Origin: an uncultured Clostridia bacterium
GTDB lineage: Bacteria > Bacillota > Clostridia > Christensenellales > UBA1242
Direction of reading: 5' to 3'
Assembly: GCA_944377305.1 (NCBI GenBank)
Contig: CALWEL010000005.1
Location: 5,149-69,148 of the forward strand
DNA length: 64,000 nt
In this document: positions 1 through 9,549 of the stretch, piece by piece
Layout of the letters: every line of letters starts with the position of its first letter
Position numbering within the stretch: position 1 is the first letter of the stretch
Notes under the pieces: model-generated
What the model saw: the letters and a program-made list of their open reading frames with translations, nothing else
Told to the model about the DNA's origin: nothing
The model's database searches: none
Translations under genes and position numbers: made by a program

Positions 1-5
1 ATAAA

Positions 6-329
6 ATGTTTAATTCTTGTGTCGCGACTGCGGAAACAATAATTAAAGAAGATATCAAACAGCAACTTTTGAGAAAGCACGGTTGTACTAAAATTGAACA
101 ACTCACATTAAACACAGATTATATTGATCGTAGATACAACTATTGTCTCCTTCCAATATATTTAATTAGTTCAGAGGTAAAAGATAAAAGATATAAAGTG
201 GTGATGAATGGTCAGACAGGAAAAGTCGGAAAACTACCTAAAGATAAACTAAGAGTATTCTTGACCATCTTCTTTGTTTGCTTGCTAATTGTAGGTGCAG
301 TTCTATTAATTATGTATTTTTCTAAATAA
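6..329 (+). CDS. hypothetical membrane-anchored protein, C-terminal part (frame is open to the window edge, gene may start upstream)
   Basis: ORF track; single hydrophobic C-terminal helix VFLTIFFVCLLIVGAVLLIMYF; followed by terminator hairpin; no family recognised. Confidence 0.45.
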   Translation: MFNSCVATAETIIKEDIKQQLLRKHGCTKIEQLTLNTDYIDRRYNYCLLPIYLISSEVKDKRYKVVMNGQTGKVGKLPKDKLRVFLTIFFVCLLIVGAVLLIMYFSK

Positions 330-412
330 AATTAATTTTCACTATTAATCAAAAGCAATCAATAAAATTAGAATAATATAAAAAGTAAATTTTATTACCA
401 TATAAATTATAT

Positions 413-440
413 AAAACAGGCTTAGGCTTGTTTTTTTTCA
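413..440 (+). terminator. intrinsic terminator after ORF 6..329
   Basis: stem AACAGGC / GCTTGTT (one G-U), loop TTAG, then T8. Confidence 0.6.
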
Positions 441-461
441 TTTGATAAGGGAAATATAAAG

Positions 462-499
462 TCAACAATCTTCAACAAAATACTATTCAAATTCAACAA
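462..499 (+). promoter_or_regulatory. three phased TCAACAA repeats, Spo0A-box-like (TTCGACA 6/7), upstream of spoIIAA
   Basis: TCAACAA at 462..468, 472..478, 493..499 (10 and 21 bp spacing) about 60-90 bp upstream of spoIIAA start. Confidence 0.3.
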
Positions 500-554
500 T
501 AGTTATTATTTTTTTTAATTCTTGTTTTGTTAAAATGCTAATAAGGAGCGTATT

Positions 555-866
555 ATGCAAATAAAATCTAGAATTGTTAATAAGACATTATACATTTTGC
601 TTTCTGGTGAACTTGACGAATATACAGCAGGTACAGTACGAAAGAATCTGGATACTTTACTAGATACTCAAAAAGGATTTGTTCAAATTGTGATGGATCT
701 ATCCGAATTGACTTTTATGGATAGTACAGGCGTGGGAGTTTTGATAGGGAGATACAAAAAAATGAGAGAATGCAACAAACCTATATTTATCTCAAATCCT
801 AGTAGGAACGCGGAAAGAATTTTCAAAATGTCAGGGCTCTATGACATAATGCCAAAAATCATATAA
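555..866 (+). CDS. spoIIAA: anti-sigma F factor antagonist SpoIIAA (STAS domain)
   Basis: 103 aa; motif LSELTFMDSTGVGVLIGRY (phosphorylatable Ser context); RBS AAGGAG 8 nt upstream; first gene of spoIIAA-AB-sigF arrangement. Confidence 0.9.
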   Translation: MQIKSRIVNKTLYILLSGELDEYTAGTVRKNLDTLLDTQKGFVQIVMDLSELTFMDSTGVGVLIGRYKKMRECNKPIFISNPSRNAERIFKMSGLYDIMPKII

Positions 867-881
867 AAGGAAGGGAATGAA

Positions 882-1313
882 ATGAAAAATTGTATGGAAA
901 TTAAATTTAAAGCAATTGCAGAGAATGAAGCTTTTGCAAGAAATGTAGTGGCGAGCTTTATTTTGCCACTAAACCCAAGTATTAGCGAATTGGAAGACAT
1001 AAAAACTGCAGTAAATGAAGCAATCACAAATGTAATAGTACACGCATATCCTGAAAAACCTGGCTATGTCAATATGAAAATAGTGACAATCAATAACAAA
1101 GTTTTAATTAGCATTACGGATAATGGAATTGGTATTCAGGATATTGAACGAGCACTGACACCCTTTTATACCAGCAAGCCAAATCAAGAGAGAAGCGGAA
1201 TGGGATTCACAGTAATGGAAAGTTTTATGGACAAATTGGAAGTAAAAAACAACAAAGAAGGTGTAACAGTCAATATGGAAAAAGAGATTGAAAAAGCTGT
1301 AGTGGGGATCTAG
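882..1313 (+). CDS. spoIIAB: anti-sigma F factor / serine kinase SpoIIAB
   Basis: 143 aa; HATPase N-box AVNEAITNVIVHAY and G-box DNGIGI...SGMGF; position between spoIIAA and sigma factor. Confidence 0.9.
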   Translation: MKNCMEIKFKAIAENEAFARNVVASFILPLNPSISELEDIKTAVNEAITNVIVHAYPEKPGYVNMKIVTINNKVLISITDNGIGIQDIERALTPFYTSKPNQERSGMGFTVMESFMDKLEVKNNKEGVTVNMEKEIEKAVVGI

Positions 1314-1314
1314 A

Positions 1315-2040
1315 ATGCTAACCAATGAACAGACTTTTGACTTGTTGAATCAAGCCAAAAATGGAAATGACTTAGCAAAAGAAAAATTGATAACTCTTAA
1401 TTCTCCACTGATCAAAAGTGTTGTGAAAAGGTACCTTAATAAAGGAATTGAATATGATGATTTATACCAATTGGGAGCACTCGGGTTTGTAAAAGCAATA
1501 AATAATTATGATCCAAATTTCAATGTAAAATTTACGACTTATGCTGTACCTATGATTGCAGGGGAGATAAAGCGATTTCTCCGTGATGATGGAAGTGTCA
1601 AAGTGTCAAGAAGTATAAAACACACTGCGATATTGATCAAAAATTATATATACGATTATAATAAAAAATATGGTGAAAATCCGAGTTTGGAAAAACTTTC
1701 GCAGGAATTTAAAATGGATATAAGCGAAATAGTCTTCTCTATGGAAGCGAATACAACCCCTCTTTCTTTGAACGAAAAATACAATGAAGATGATGACTCA
1801 ACGACAATTCTAGATAAACTTAGCGACAATTTTAATGTAGAGACTTTTTTAGATAAATTAACTCTTAGAGATATGATAGAAAATCTAACTGCACGAGAAA
1901 AACAAGTGATAATTATGCGTTATTATTTAGATAAGACTCAAAGCGAAATAGCAAAAGAACTTGGCGTTAGCCAAGTCCAAGTCAGTAGAATAGAAAATAA
2001 AGTTTTAAAAGAGATGAAAGACAATATCAAGGCTGTTTAG
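1315..2040 (+). CDS. sigF: sporulation sigma factor SigF (sigma-70 family, group 3)
   Basis: 241 aa; regions 2 (DLYQLGALGFVKAINNYD, YAVPMIAGEIKRFLRD) and 4 (TQSEIAKELGVSQVQVSRIE); starts 1 nt after spoIIAB stop. Confidence 0.9.
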   Translation: MLTNEQTFDLLNQAKNGNDLAKEKLITLNSPLIKSVVKRYLNKGIEYDDLYQLGALGFVKAINNYDPNFNVKFTTYAVPMIAGEIKRFLRDDGSVKVSRSIKHTAILIKNYIYDYNKKYGENPSLEKLSQEFKMDISEIVFSMEANTTPLSLNEKYNEDDDSTTILDKLSDNFNVETFLDKLTLRDMIENLTAREKQVIIMRYYLDKTQSEIAKELGVSQVQVSRIENKVLKEMKDNIKAV

Positions 2041-3970
2041 ATTCGTTATTTTTGGAATCAACATTATTATATTTATATATAGGATTTTCATATTGACCCT
2101 TATGCTTTGGTACTGAAAATTTGGCGAAGAAGTTAGACACAGATTGTTTGAATTTGTTGAATTTTGATTTTAAACTAGGTGTATTAGCATCTTTGTAGGT
2201 GTCAATATTTTTTTGCAATTTATTAAATTTTTCATTTGTTTTTTCGCTTTCTTGCTGTGCACTATTATGTGTAGCATTACCATTATTTACACTATCTGTA
2301 GCATTGTTTTGATTATTAGCATTGTTTACGTTTGGATTCAACACATTGTTTTGATTGTAATAATTCATTCCATAAGGATTGTTGTACATATAATTGTTAG
2401 CATAAGGATATCCGCTTCTTCCATATAAAAATTCATTATCTAATAGTGCAGTATTAAAAAAGGTGTCAGTATTTTTAAAATTATTCCCATAAGTATCAAT
2501 ATTTGAATTGAAGCGTCTATTGTTGTAGGTGTCGACATTATTTAATTTTGAATTTCTTGTCGTTCGTGCATTTTGTATGGTGTTTGAGTCGTCAACATTA
2601 TTTGGATTTTGAATATTATCGTTTATTAGTGTGTCAGGATTTTTGGAATTCATCTGAGTAGTTGAATTAGATTCTTCATCACTATTTATTTTATTTTCTT
2701 CCTTATCTTCATTTGAGTTTGAAGAATTATTTTCTACAATTTGACCATCTTCTTTTATTAAATAATCTTTAATGATAGGAAGTTCCTTATTTCGTCTAAA
2801 ACCATATAAAATTCTTCCTCTGTTATTTGGCTCAATATTTGAATTAATATCAAATAAACTATTAATCATATTCAATGATTGAAGTCCATTTTCTAATAAT
2901 TCATTTCCATTGATTAGATTATCTAAAACTATCAAATATTTCAAAGATAAACTATCTATATCGTTGACATTTTTTTGAGTAAATGTTGATATATCTGCTA
3001 GACTTAAAGATAATTCACGCGTGACAGCAGATAGTCGACGTCCCAAATTTTTCAATTGTTCTGATTGTTCAGATAGGAATATTTTTTGTTCCGCAGTCAA
3101 TTCGATTTCTTTCAATTGAAGTTTTGATATCAAATTTTGAGTTTCAATTATTGCATTCACGATTCGTTCTTTTAATTCACAAAATTCATCACAAGAATCT
3201 TCTATATCAGATGAAAGAGAATAAAGCGTGGATATCTGCGAACTATCATTATCAGTATCTTCGCCCGAATTTTCATTAGTAACAACATCTTCGTTGATAT
3301 CTGTTTCGTTTAAATCGGAAGTATCTATAATGCTGTCATTATTGCTATTATTTTCCTCTTGTACGTTCATAAGATTGATATTATCTTTTTTATCTAAAGT
3401 TTCAGACTCTACATCTATTATTCTTTGTTTTCTAATTTCTCTATTTTCACTCATATTTTGCAAATTTTTTGATTTTTCATTAGAGTCATTTTGAATAGGA
3501 TAGATAGTTATATCTTTTTGTATGATATCATTATTATGATTTAAGTTGTTTTGATTTTCTGTTATTAGCTTTTCATTAGTGTTGATTGCTGACAATTCGT
3601 TGCTTTCCTTAATATCAATTTGGTTTTTGTTTGTATTATTTACACTCTCATTAGCAATTTCTTTGATTTTATTATCATTGCTGATATCGTTTGTTCTTTC
3701 GATTATTGACTTATTTTGTGATTGATTTTTTGAATCATTAGAATTCACTAATCTCGCATTGATTGGTGAAGAAACTAATAATTCATATTTATTTAATGCT
3801 ATTTTTGTCAATGATTCACTTCCATTTTTAGTATAATTATCTACTGTAGTCTGAAAATTGTTGATACTGTTTAATAAATCATTTGAATTTACTTTGACAG
3901 GTGAATTAGCACATCCTGTCAACATAATTCCAGCACTTAATATTGATAATATCGGTATAATTTTTTTCAT
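2027..3970 (-). CDS. Asn-rich lipoprotein with central coiled-coil-like segment, unknown function
   Basis: Start moved to MKKIIPILSILSAGIMLTGC (lipobox LTGC) preceded by AAGGAGA RBS; long low-complexity N/D/S/E tracts; 3' end overlaps sigF 3' end by 14 nt. Confidence 0.7.
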   Translation of the reverse strand: MKKIIPILSILSAGIMLTGCANSPVKVNSNDLLNSINNFQTTVDNYTKNGSESLTKIALNKYELLVSSPINARLVNSNDSKNQSQNKSIIERTNDISNDNKIKEIANESVNNTNKNQIDIKESNELSAINTNEKLITENQNNLNHNNDIIQKDITIYPIQNDSNEKSKNLQNMSENREIRKQRIIDVESETLDKKDNINLMNVQEENNSNNDSIIDTSDLNETDINEDVVTNENSGEDTDNDSSQISTLYSLSSDIEDSCDEFCELKERIVNAIIETQNLISKLQLKEIELTAEQKIFLSEQSEQLKNLGRRLSAVTRELSLSLADISTFTQKNVNDIDSLSLKYLIVLDNLINGNELLENGLQSLNMINSLFDINSNIEPNNRGRILYGFRRNKELPIIKDYLIKEDGQIVENNSSNSNEDKEENKINSDEESNSTTQMNSKNPDTLINDNIQNPNNVDDSNTIQNARTTRNSKLNNVDTYNNRRFNSNIDTYGNNFKNTDTFFNTALLDNEFLYGRSGYPYANNYMYNNPYGMNYYNQNNVLNPNVNNANNQNNATDSVNNGNATHNSAQQESEKTNEKFNKLQKNIDTYKDANTPSLKSKFNKFKQSVSNFFAKFSVPKHKGQYENPIYKYNNVDSKNNESKQP

Positions 3971-4107
3971 AATTTCTCCTTTACTATCGTTAGTATGTAT
4001 AAATTTAATATAAATATTTAAACTTTTCAAAAATTTTCCTACTTTTCCTATTTATATTAAGGTTTATATTTTATTTTTTATGTTAATAATCTGTTAGGAG
4101 AAAAATT

Positions 4108-4554
4108 ATGGATAAAGAAAAAAGAAATGTAAATTATAATATTTATGTGGAATCAAAAGTCCCTAAAACACGTGCTTGGCCCTCACTTATCAAGGCATTT
4201 ATACTTGGTGGAGCTATATGTGCTATAGGACAGGGATTTTTTGATCTATACACTTATTTTTTCCCAAGTCTCAGTGAAAGCGAAGTCAGTACTTGTATGC
4301 TTATGACCATAATATTTATTACTTGTCTGCTAACAGGCATCGGAGTTTATGATGTAATCGGTGCTTGGGGCGGAGCTGGTTCTGTGATACCGATCACTGG
4401 ATTTTCTAATTCAATATCTAGCCCAGCTATAGAATTCAAAAAAGAAGGGATAATATATGGTATTTGTGTCAAAATGTTTACTATTGCAGGACCTGTAATT
4501 GTCTGTGGTGTAGTAGGATCAATAATTTGCGGTTTCATAGGATATTTTATATAG
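4108..4554 (+). CDS. spoVAC: stage V sporulation protein AC
   Basis: 148 aa, 4 TM membrane protein, typical SpoVAC sequence (GGAICAIGQ..., GAGSVIPITGF); RBS AGGAGA; followed by spoVAD/AE. Confidence 0.9.
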   Translation: MDKEKRNVNYNIYVESKVPKTRAWPSLIKAFILGGAICAIGQGFFDLYTYFFPSLSESEVSTCMLMTIIFITCLLTGIGVYDVIGAWGGAGSVIPITGFSNSISSPAIEFKKEGIIYGICVKMFTIAGPVIVCGVVGSIICGFIGYFI

Positions 4555-4572
4555 GATTGTGGTAAGAAAATT

Positions 4573-5682
4573 ATGCAAACATATAAGTTGAAAAATAAGG
4601 TTTATATCCTTGAGGGATTTAGTATGGTTGGACCATTGGAAGGGAAAGGACCATTAAAAGATTATTTCGATTATATCATTCAGGATGACACTTTGAAAGA
4701 AAAAACATTTGAAAAATCAGAGCGAAAACTATTATACGATTTAATCATAAATGCTGTTGATAAGGCTGGACTGAAGATGTCCGATATAGATTTTTTCATA
4801 GGTGGAGATTTGCTTAATCAAATAGTCAGTTCATCTTTTGCCGCACGTGAATTGAATTTGCCATTTATAGGTTTGTATTCAGCCTGTGCCACTATGACAG
4901 AATCTCTGGCCATCAGCGGAATATTTGTCGACAACAAAATAGCTAATAATATTGTTGCCTCAACTTGCACTCATTTTAGCAGTGCAGAACGACAATATAG
5001 ATTTCCATTGGAACTTGGAAACCAGCGCCCGCCCACAGCACAATGGACTATAACTGGTGGCGGAGCAAGCATCGTATCAAATATTCCAAGCAAAATACGT
5101 ATTAATGCTGTCACCTTTGGAAAAGTTATAGATTACGGAATTTCGGATGTTAATAATATGGGAGCTGCTATGGCACCTGCCGCTTGTGATACCATCAAAC
5201 TACATCTTAAGAATACCAACCATAAAGTTTCAGATTATGACATCATATTAACTGGAGATTTAGGGAAGCTGGGTAGTGAAATACTGATCGACCTTATGGA
5301 ACACGAAAATATTATTTTAGGTCAGAATTATTCAGACTGCGGATGTATGATATATGATAAATCAGAGCGAGTATTTATGGGAGGAAGTGGTGCAGGTTGT
5401 AGTGCTAGCGTGCTAAATTCTTATGTTTTATACAAAATGAAGAAGGGAGATTTTAAACGCGTTTTAGTTGTGTCCACTGGGGCACTGATGAGCACAACCA
5501 CATCTCAACAAGGTGATACCATTCCTGGCATTGCACACGCTGTAGAACTTGTATTTAATGATTTAGATGCTGAAAAGAATCGCAAAAAAATGGGTGAGAC
5601 ATCGCGTTTGAAAAGAAAGGAAGATGTAAAACCTTTATCTAATCTCAAAAAAACTGATAAGAAAAAAAGTAAAATAAATTGA
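4573..5682 (+). CDS. spoVAD: stage V sporulation protein AD (thiolase-like fold) with Lys-rich C-terminal tail
   Basis: 369 aa; SpoVAD-like throughout (GGDLLNQ, YSACAT, GGSGAGCSA); position in spoVA operon. Confidence 0.9.
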   Translation: MQTYKLKNKVYILEGFSMVGPLEGKGPLKDYFDYIIQDDTLKEKTFEKSERKLLYDLIINAVDKAGLKMSDIDFFIGGDLLNQIVSSSFAARELNLPFIGLYSACATMTESLAISGIFVDNKIANNIVASTCTHFSSAERQYRFPLELGNQRPPTAQWTITGGGASIVSNIPSKIRINAVTFGKVIDYGISDVNNMGAAMAPAACDTIKLHLKNTNHKVSDYDIILTGDLGKLGSEILIDLMEHENIILGQNYSDCGCMIYDKSERVFMGGSGAGCSASVLNSYVLYKMKKGDFKRVLVVSTGALMSTTTSQQGDTIPGIAHAVELVFNDLDAEKNRKKMGETSRLKRKEDVKPLSNLKKTDKKKSKIN

Positions 5683-5790
5683 AATATATTTTAAAATTAA
5701 TGCAATTAAAACCAAATTTTAAATTATGTTACTGATTCAATTGCGATATATTGAAATTTAATTAAATAAAAAATGATAAAAGGAAAGAAA

Positions 5791-6168
5791 ATGATAAATA
5801 TATGGGATTACGTTATTTCTTTTTTAGTAGGTGGATTTATATGTTTTTTAGCACAAATTCTAGTAATTAGGACAAAAATTACAACAGCTAGAATTTTGGT
5901 GTTATTTTTGATAATAGGTATGATATTAGAAGTATTCAATATTTATGCTCCGTTCAAAGAATTCGCAAAAGCGGGTGCGACTGTGCCAATTATAGGTTTT
6001 GGAGCAAATCTTGCTCGTGGAGCCATTATGGCAGCGGAAGAAAAAGGAATAATTGGCATATTTACGGGTGGATTGACAGCGTCAGCGGGCGGTATTGCTA
6101 TGGCAATTTTTGCATCATTTATATTTGCTCTAATATTTAGTAGCAAATCAAAACGAGGTGGACATTGA
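5791..6168 (+). CDS. spoVAE: stage V sporulation protein AE (AEb type)
   Basis: Start moved to ATG 5791 (RBS AAAGGAAAG); small 4-TM protein, GATVPIIGFGANLARG motif typical of SpoVAC/AEb family. Confidence 0.85.
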   Translation: MINIWDYVISFLVGGFICFLAQILVIRTKITTARILVLFLIIGMILEVFNIYAPFKEFAKAGATVPIIGFGANLARGAIMAAEEKGIIGIFTGGLTASAGGIAMAIFASFIFALIFSSKSKRGGH

Positions 6169-6388
6169 AATAAATCGATAACTTTATAAAATTCTAAATT
6201 AGATATAATTTTTTGCTACTTACCTTACCCAAATTATTTAATAATAACACTATAGTGATACTAAATCTTAAATAATATAGTGGCTATATATTGTTTTAAT
6301 AAAATATATTGATTTTCATTTGATCTACTATTTATAAATTATTTAGTCGAAATCAAAATAATTATAAAATACATTAATAGATTATATT

Positions 6389-7045
6389 ATGAAAAAGAAA
6401 AGATCCCATTGCAAAAAGAGTATCATAATCAAATTGACTATTGTTATCTTTTTAATAATATTTTTAATGTATTATTTTTTAGTTGTTAGTCCTGTTGTTA
6501 AAGCCTATACATCCGCTGAGACACGTGCAGTGACAGAAAAAGCGATTAATAGAGCTGTTAGCAATGTGATCAATCAATCTTTAAAATATGATTCGCTGAT
6601 AGATATAAGTTATACAACTAGTGGAGATATTGCGTCATTTACAGCCAATCAATTTGAGATTAATAGCATATCACGAGAGATAGTAGAACAGGCTCAAAAA
6701 GAAATGCAGACTTTAGGAAGTATGGGATTAAACATAAACTTGGGAACATTTTCAGGGATACCTTTTTTAATTGGCAGAGGCCCTGTCATTAATTTGAAGT
6801 TGACTCCAATAGGTGCTGTTAGTAGCAATTTTGAAAGTTTATTTGAATCAGTAGGGATCAATATGACAAAACACACATTATATTTATATATAAATGTACA
6901 TGTAAATATTGTACTTCCAATTAAATCGTATGATATATACACATCTAATCAAGTATTATTAGCCGAAAGCATTATTGTAGGCAAAGTGCCAGAAATATAT
7001 CTTAATGGATCTATTTTAGGAAAAACTTTAAATCTTGTTCCATAA
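6389..7045 (+). CDS. yunB: sporulation protein YunB
   Basis: 218 aa, N-terminal TM then YunB-like layout (GxxGxPFLxGRGPxI..., GINxTKH..., VGxVPEIY) compared from memory with B. subtilis YunB. Confidence 0.65.
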   Translation: MKKKRSHCKKSIIIKLTIVIFLIIFLMYYFLVVSPVVKAYTSAETRAVTEKAINRAVSNVINQSLKYDSLIDISYTTSGDIASFTANQFEINSISREIVEQAQKEMQTLGSMGLNINLGTFSGIPFLIGRGPVINLKLTPIGAVSSNFESLFESVGINMTKHTLYLYINVHVNIVLPIKSYDIYTSNQVLLAESIIVGKVPEIYLNGSILGKTLNLVP

Positions 7046-7058
7046 ATCTTTTAATATA

Positions 7059-7087
7059 TTGTAAAATTGTCAAAATTATGTTATAAT
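7059..7087 (+). promoter_or_regulatory. sigma-A type promoter TTGTAA-17-TGtTATAAT, 6 nt before ATG 7094 (leaderless arrangement)
   Basis: -35 7059..7064, extended -10 7079..7087; no Shine-Dalgarno between -10 and ATG. Confidence 0.6.
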
Positions 7088-7093
7088 ATAAAT

Positions 7094-8200
7094 ATGTTAT
7101 ATTTTGACAATGCGTCTACTACTAAAATTAGCAAGGAATCACTTGATAGTTACATTAGAGCGAGTGACGATTTTTTCAATCCCAGTTCATTATATTATCC
7201 GTCTGTGAAAGTGAAAAAAGCTATTGAAGACAGCAGAGAATATTTTTTGAAAAAGTTTAATGCAAAGCCAAAATCAACTTTCATCTTTACAGGTTCGGCA
7301 ACTGAAAGCAATAATACAGTTTTGCATTCGGTAATTACGAGAAAAGATAAAAAATATCTTATAGGTGGCGGGGAACATAGTTCAATATATGAAACTGCAA
7401 AAAAATATAAGGAAAGTGGCTATAACATTATATTTGTACCTTTACAAAAAAATGGCGGTGTAGATGTTGGCAAACTATTTGATCTGATAGACAAGGATGT
7501 TGCTTTTATTTCAATAATTCACGTCAGCAATGAAACAGGGGCTATTAATGATATAGAACATATAACTAAACAAGCAAAAGAAATCAATCCAAATATTCTA
7601 GTGCATTCCGATGGAGTACAAGCGGTAGGTAAAGTCAACATAGACCTATCAAAATTAGGCGTAGATTTCTATACAATATCTGCCCATAAAATCAAAGGAC
7701 CTAAAGGAATTGGCGGACTATTTATTTCAAATCCGAACAAATTAAAGCCATTTATCCTCGGCGGAGGACAAGAAATGAATTTTCGTTCAGGCACAGAAAA
7801 CACTCCAGCAATTTTCGCATTTAAGTCCGCTTTGGAAAATCTGAAAAAAATAGATTATACTCTTTATAAAAAAGAGATATTAGATAATCTTAATACTGAC
7901 TACTATCTAGTTTCGAAAGATAATTGTGTAGATAATATAATATCAATTTGCTTTAAAAATTTACGAGGTGAGACTATTGAGCACGTGATGGAGTCAAAGG
8001 GATATTTAATTGGCACAGGATCTGCGTGTAACAGCAAAGCAGGATATAATAGAGTGCTATCAGATATTGTAGAAAAAGATTATTTATCTGGAGCCATTAG
8101 AATTAGTTTTGATTATGATGTTTCTATCAATGATTGTATAAAAATGGCGCAAGCTCTTAATGAAACAATAAATGAATTAAATAAGAGGTTAAACAAATGA
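7094..8200 (+). CDS. cysteine desulfurase (class V aminotransferase, NifS/NifZ/IscS-like), ThiI partner
   Basis: Start moved to MLYFDNAST; PLP lysine SAHKIKGPKG, active-site GTGSACNS; 4-nt overlap with thiI. Confidence 0.85.
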   Translation: MLYFDNASTTKISKESLDSYIRASDDFFNPSSLYYPSVKVKKAIEDSREYFLKKFNAKPKSTFIFTGSATESNNTVLHSVITRKDKKYLIGGGEHSSIYETAKKYKESGYNIIFVPLQKNGGVDVGKLFDLIDKDVAFISIIHVSNETGAINDIEHITKQAKEINPNILVHSDGVQAVGKVNIDLSKLGVDFYTISAHKIKGPKGIGGLFISNPNKLKPFILGGGQEMNFRSGTENTPAIFAFKSALENLKKIDYTLYKKEILDNLNTDYYLVSKDNCVDNIISICFKNLRGETIEHVMESKGYLIGTGSACNSKAGYNRVLSDIVEKDYLSGAIRISFDYDVSINDCIKMAQALNETINELNKRLNK

Positions 8201-9351
8201 ATAATGTAATATTAATTAGATTTAATGAAATACATCTAAAAGGCGGAAATAAAAAATATTTTATCAAATTGTTGCACAACAATATTAAAACAGCTCTAAA
8301 GAATAATATCTGCAAGATTGAATCTATCCAAAATCGTTTTATCGTACGAGATTATGAAAATGAAGATGAAATCATTTCTAAATTAAAATGTGTGTTTGGT
8401 ATACATTCAATTTCTAAGGCTGTAGAAATAAAAAATGATATAAAACAAATATGTGATTATATTTCAACAATTAAAATAGATACAACTTTCAAATGTGACG
8501 TCAATCGTGCGGATAAATCTTTCTCTATAAAATCAAATGAATTTGAGGCAGATCTAGGTGAAATTATCTTAAAAAATAATAGTAGGGCAAAAGTTGATAT
8601 TCACAATCCTAAAACTACTATCCATATAGATATTCGCGAAAATGGTTATACATTTATTTTTTATGATATAATTTATGCTTATTCAGGTTTACCATTGGAT
8701 GAAAAACGCAATGGTCTGCTTTTATTGAGTGGAGGAATAGACAGTCCCGTAGCGGGTTTTGCTATGGCAAAACGCGGACTTAGGCAAGACGTTTTACACT
8801 TTGATAGTTTTCCTTACACCAGTCCTCAAGCCAAAGAAAAAGTTATAACATTAGCAAAAAAAATCAGAAAGTTTATTGGTGCAAAATATATGTATATATG
8901 TTCAATGACTAAGCTTCAAGAGGAATTTCACGTTAATTGTAAGACTGAGTATGCGATAAATTTATTGAGACGCTCAATGATTAGAATTGCAAATATATTG
9001 TGTGAAAAGTTCAAATATAAAACTATAATCACTGGTGAGAGTTTAGGGCAAGTCGCTAGTCAAACAATAGAAAGTTTGACATCTACAAATGCTGTAGCAA
9101 AATTCCCAGTTTTGCGCCCATTGATAAGTTTTAATAAAGAAGAAATTATCAAAATAGCAAAAGATATTGAAACTTATGACACCAGTATTTTACCTTATGA
9201 AGATTGTTGTACCGTATTTTTACCACGTAATCCTGTAATTAAACCTAAAATTGAGGAGGCTGAGAAAGAAGAGAAAAAAGTGGATTTAGAAAATTTGATT
9301 AAGCTCATCATCTTAAATATGGAAGTGTTTGATTTAGATAACAAGTCTTAA
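8197..9351 (+). CDS. thiI: tRNA 4-thiouridine synthase ThiI (no rhodanese domain)
   Basis: 384 aa; THUMP-like N-terminus, PP-loop LLLSGGIDSPVA; RBS AAGAGG. Confidence 0.85.
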   Translation: MNNVILIRFNEIHLKGGNKKYFIKLLHNNIKTALKNNICKIESIQNRFIVRDYENEDEIISKLKCVFGIHSISKAVEIKNDIKQICDYISTIKIDTTFKCDVNRADKSFSIKSNEFEADLGEIILKNNSRAKVDIHNPKTTIHIDIRENGYTFIFYDIIYAYSGLPLDEKRNGLLLLSGGIDSPVAGFAMAKRGLRQDVLHFDSFPYTSPQAKEKVITLAKKIRKFIGAKYMYICSMTKLQEEFHVNCKTEYAINLLRRSMIRIANILCEKFKYKTIITGESLGQVASQTIESLTSTNAVAKFPVLRPLISFNKEEIIKIAKDIETYDTSILPYEDCCTVFLPRNPVIKPKIEEAEKEEKKVDLENLIKLIILNMEVFDLDNKS

Positions 9352-9354
9352 ATG

Positions 9355-9390
9355 TTGTGTAAGATATTTATTATTTACACAATATTTTGT
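9355..9390 (+). terminator. probable terminator after thiI
   Basis: stem TTGTGTAA / TTACACAA (8 bp), 12-nt loop, T-rich tail. Confidence 0.45.
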
Positions 9391-9482
9391 GATTTATTCT
9401 AATAAGAAGTATTTGATTTTTTTTAAATTTTATCTATTGAAATTCTTATAAATAAAATGACTTTTTTAATTTACCTTAAGGC

Positions 9483-9512
9483 TTGACTTTTAAATACAAA
9501 ATGTAGTATAAT
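9483..9512 (+). promoter_or_regulatory. promoter TTGACT-18-TATAAT for rny
   Basis: hexamers read directly; 37 nt upstream of rny start. Confidence 0.5.
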
Positions 9513-9549
9513 TATGTTATCGCAAATGCGATATGAAAGGTAGGTAAAG

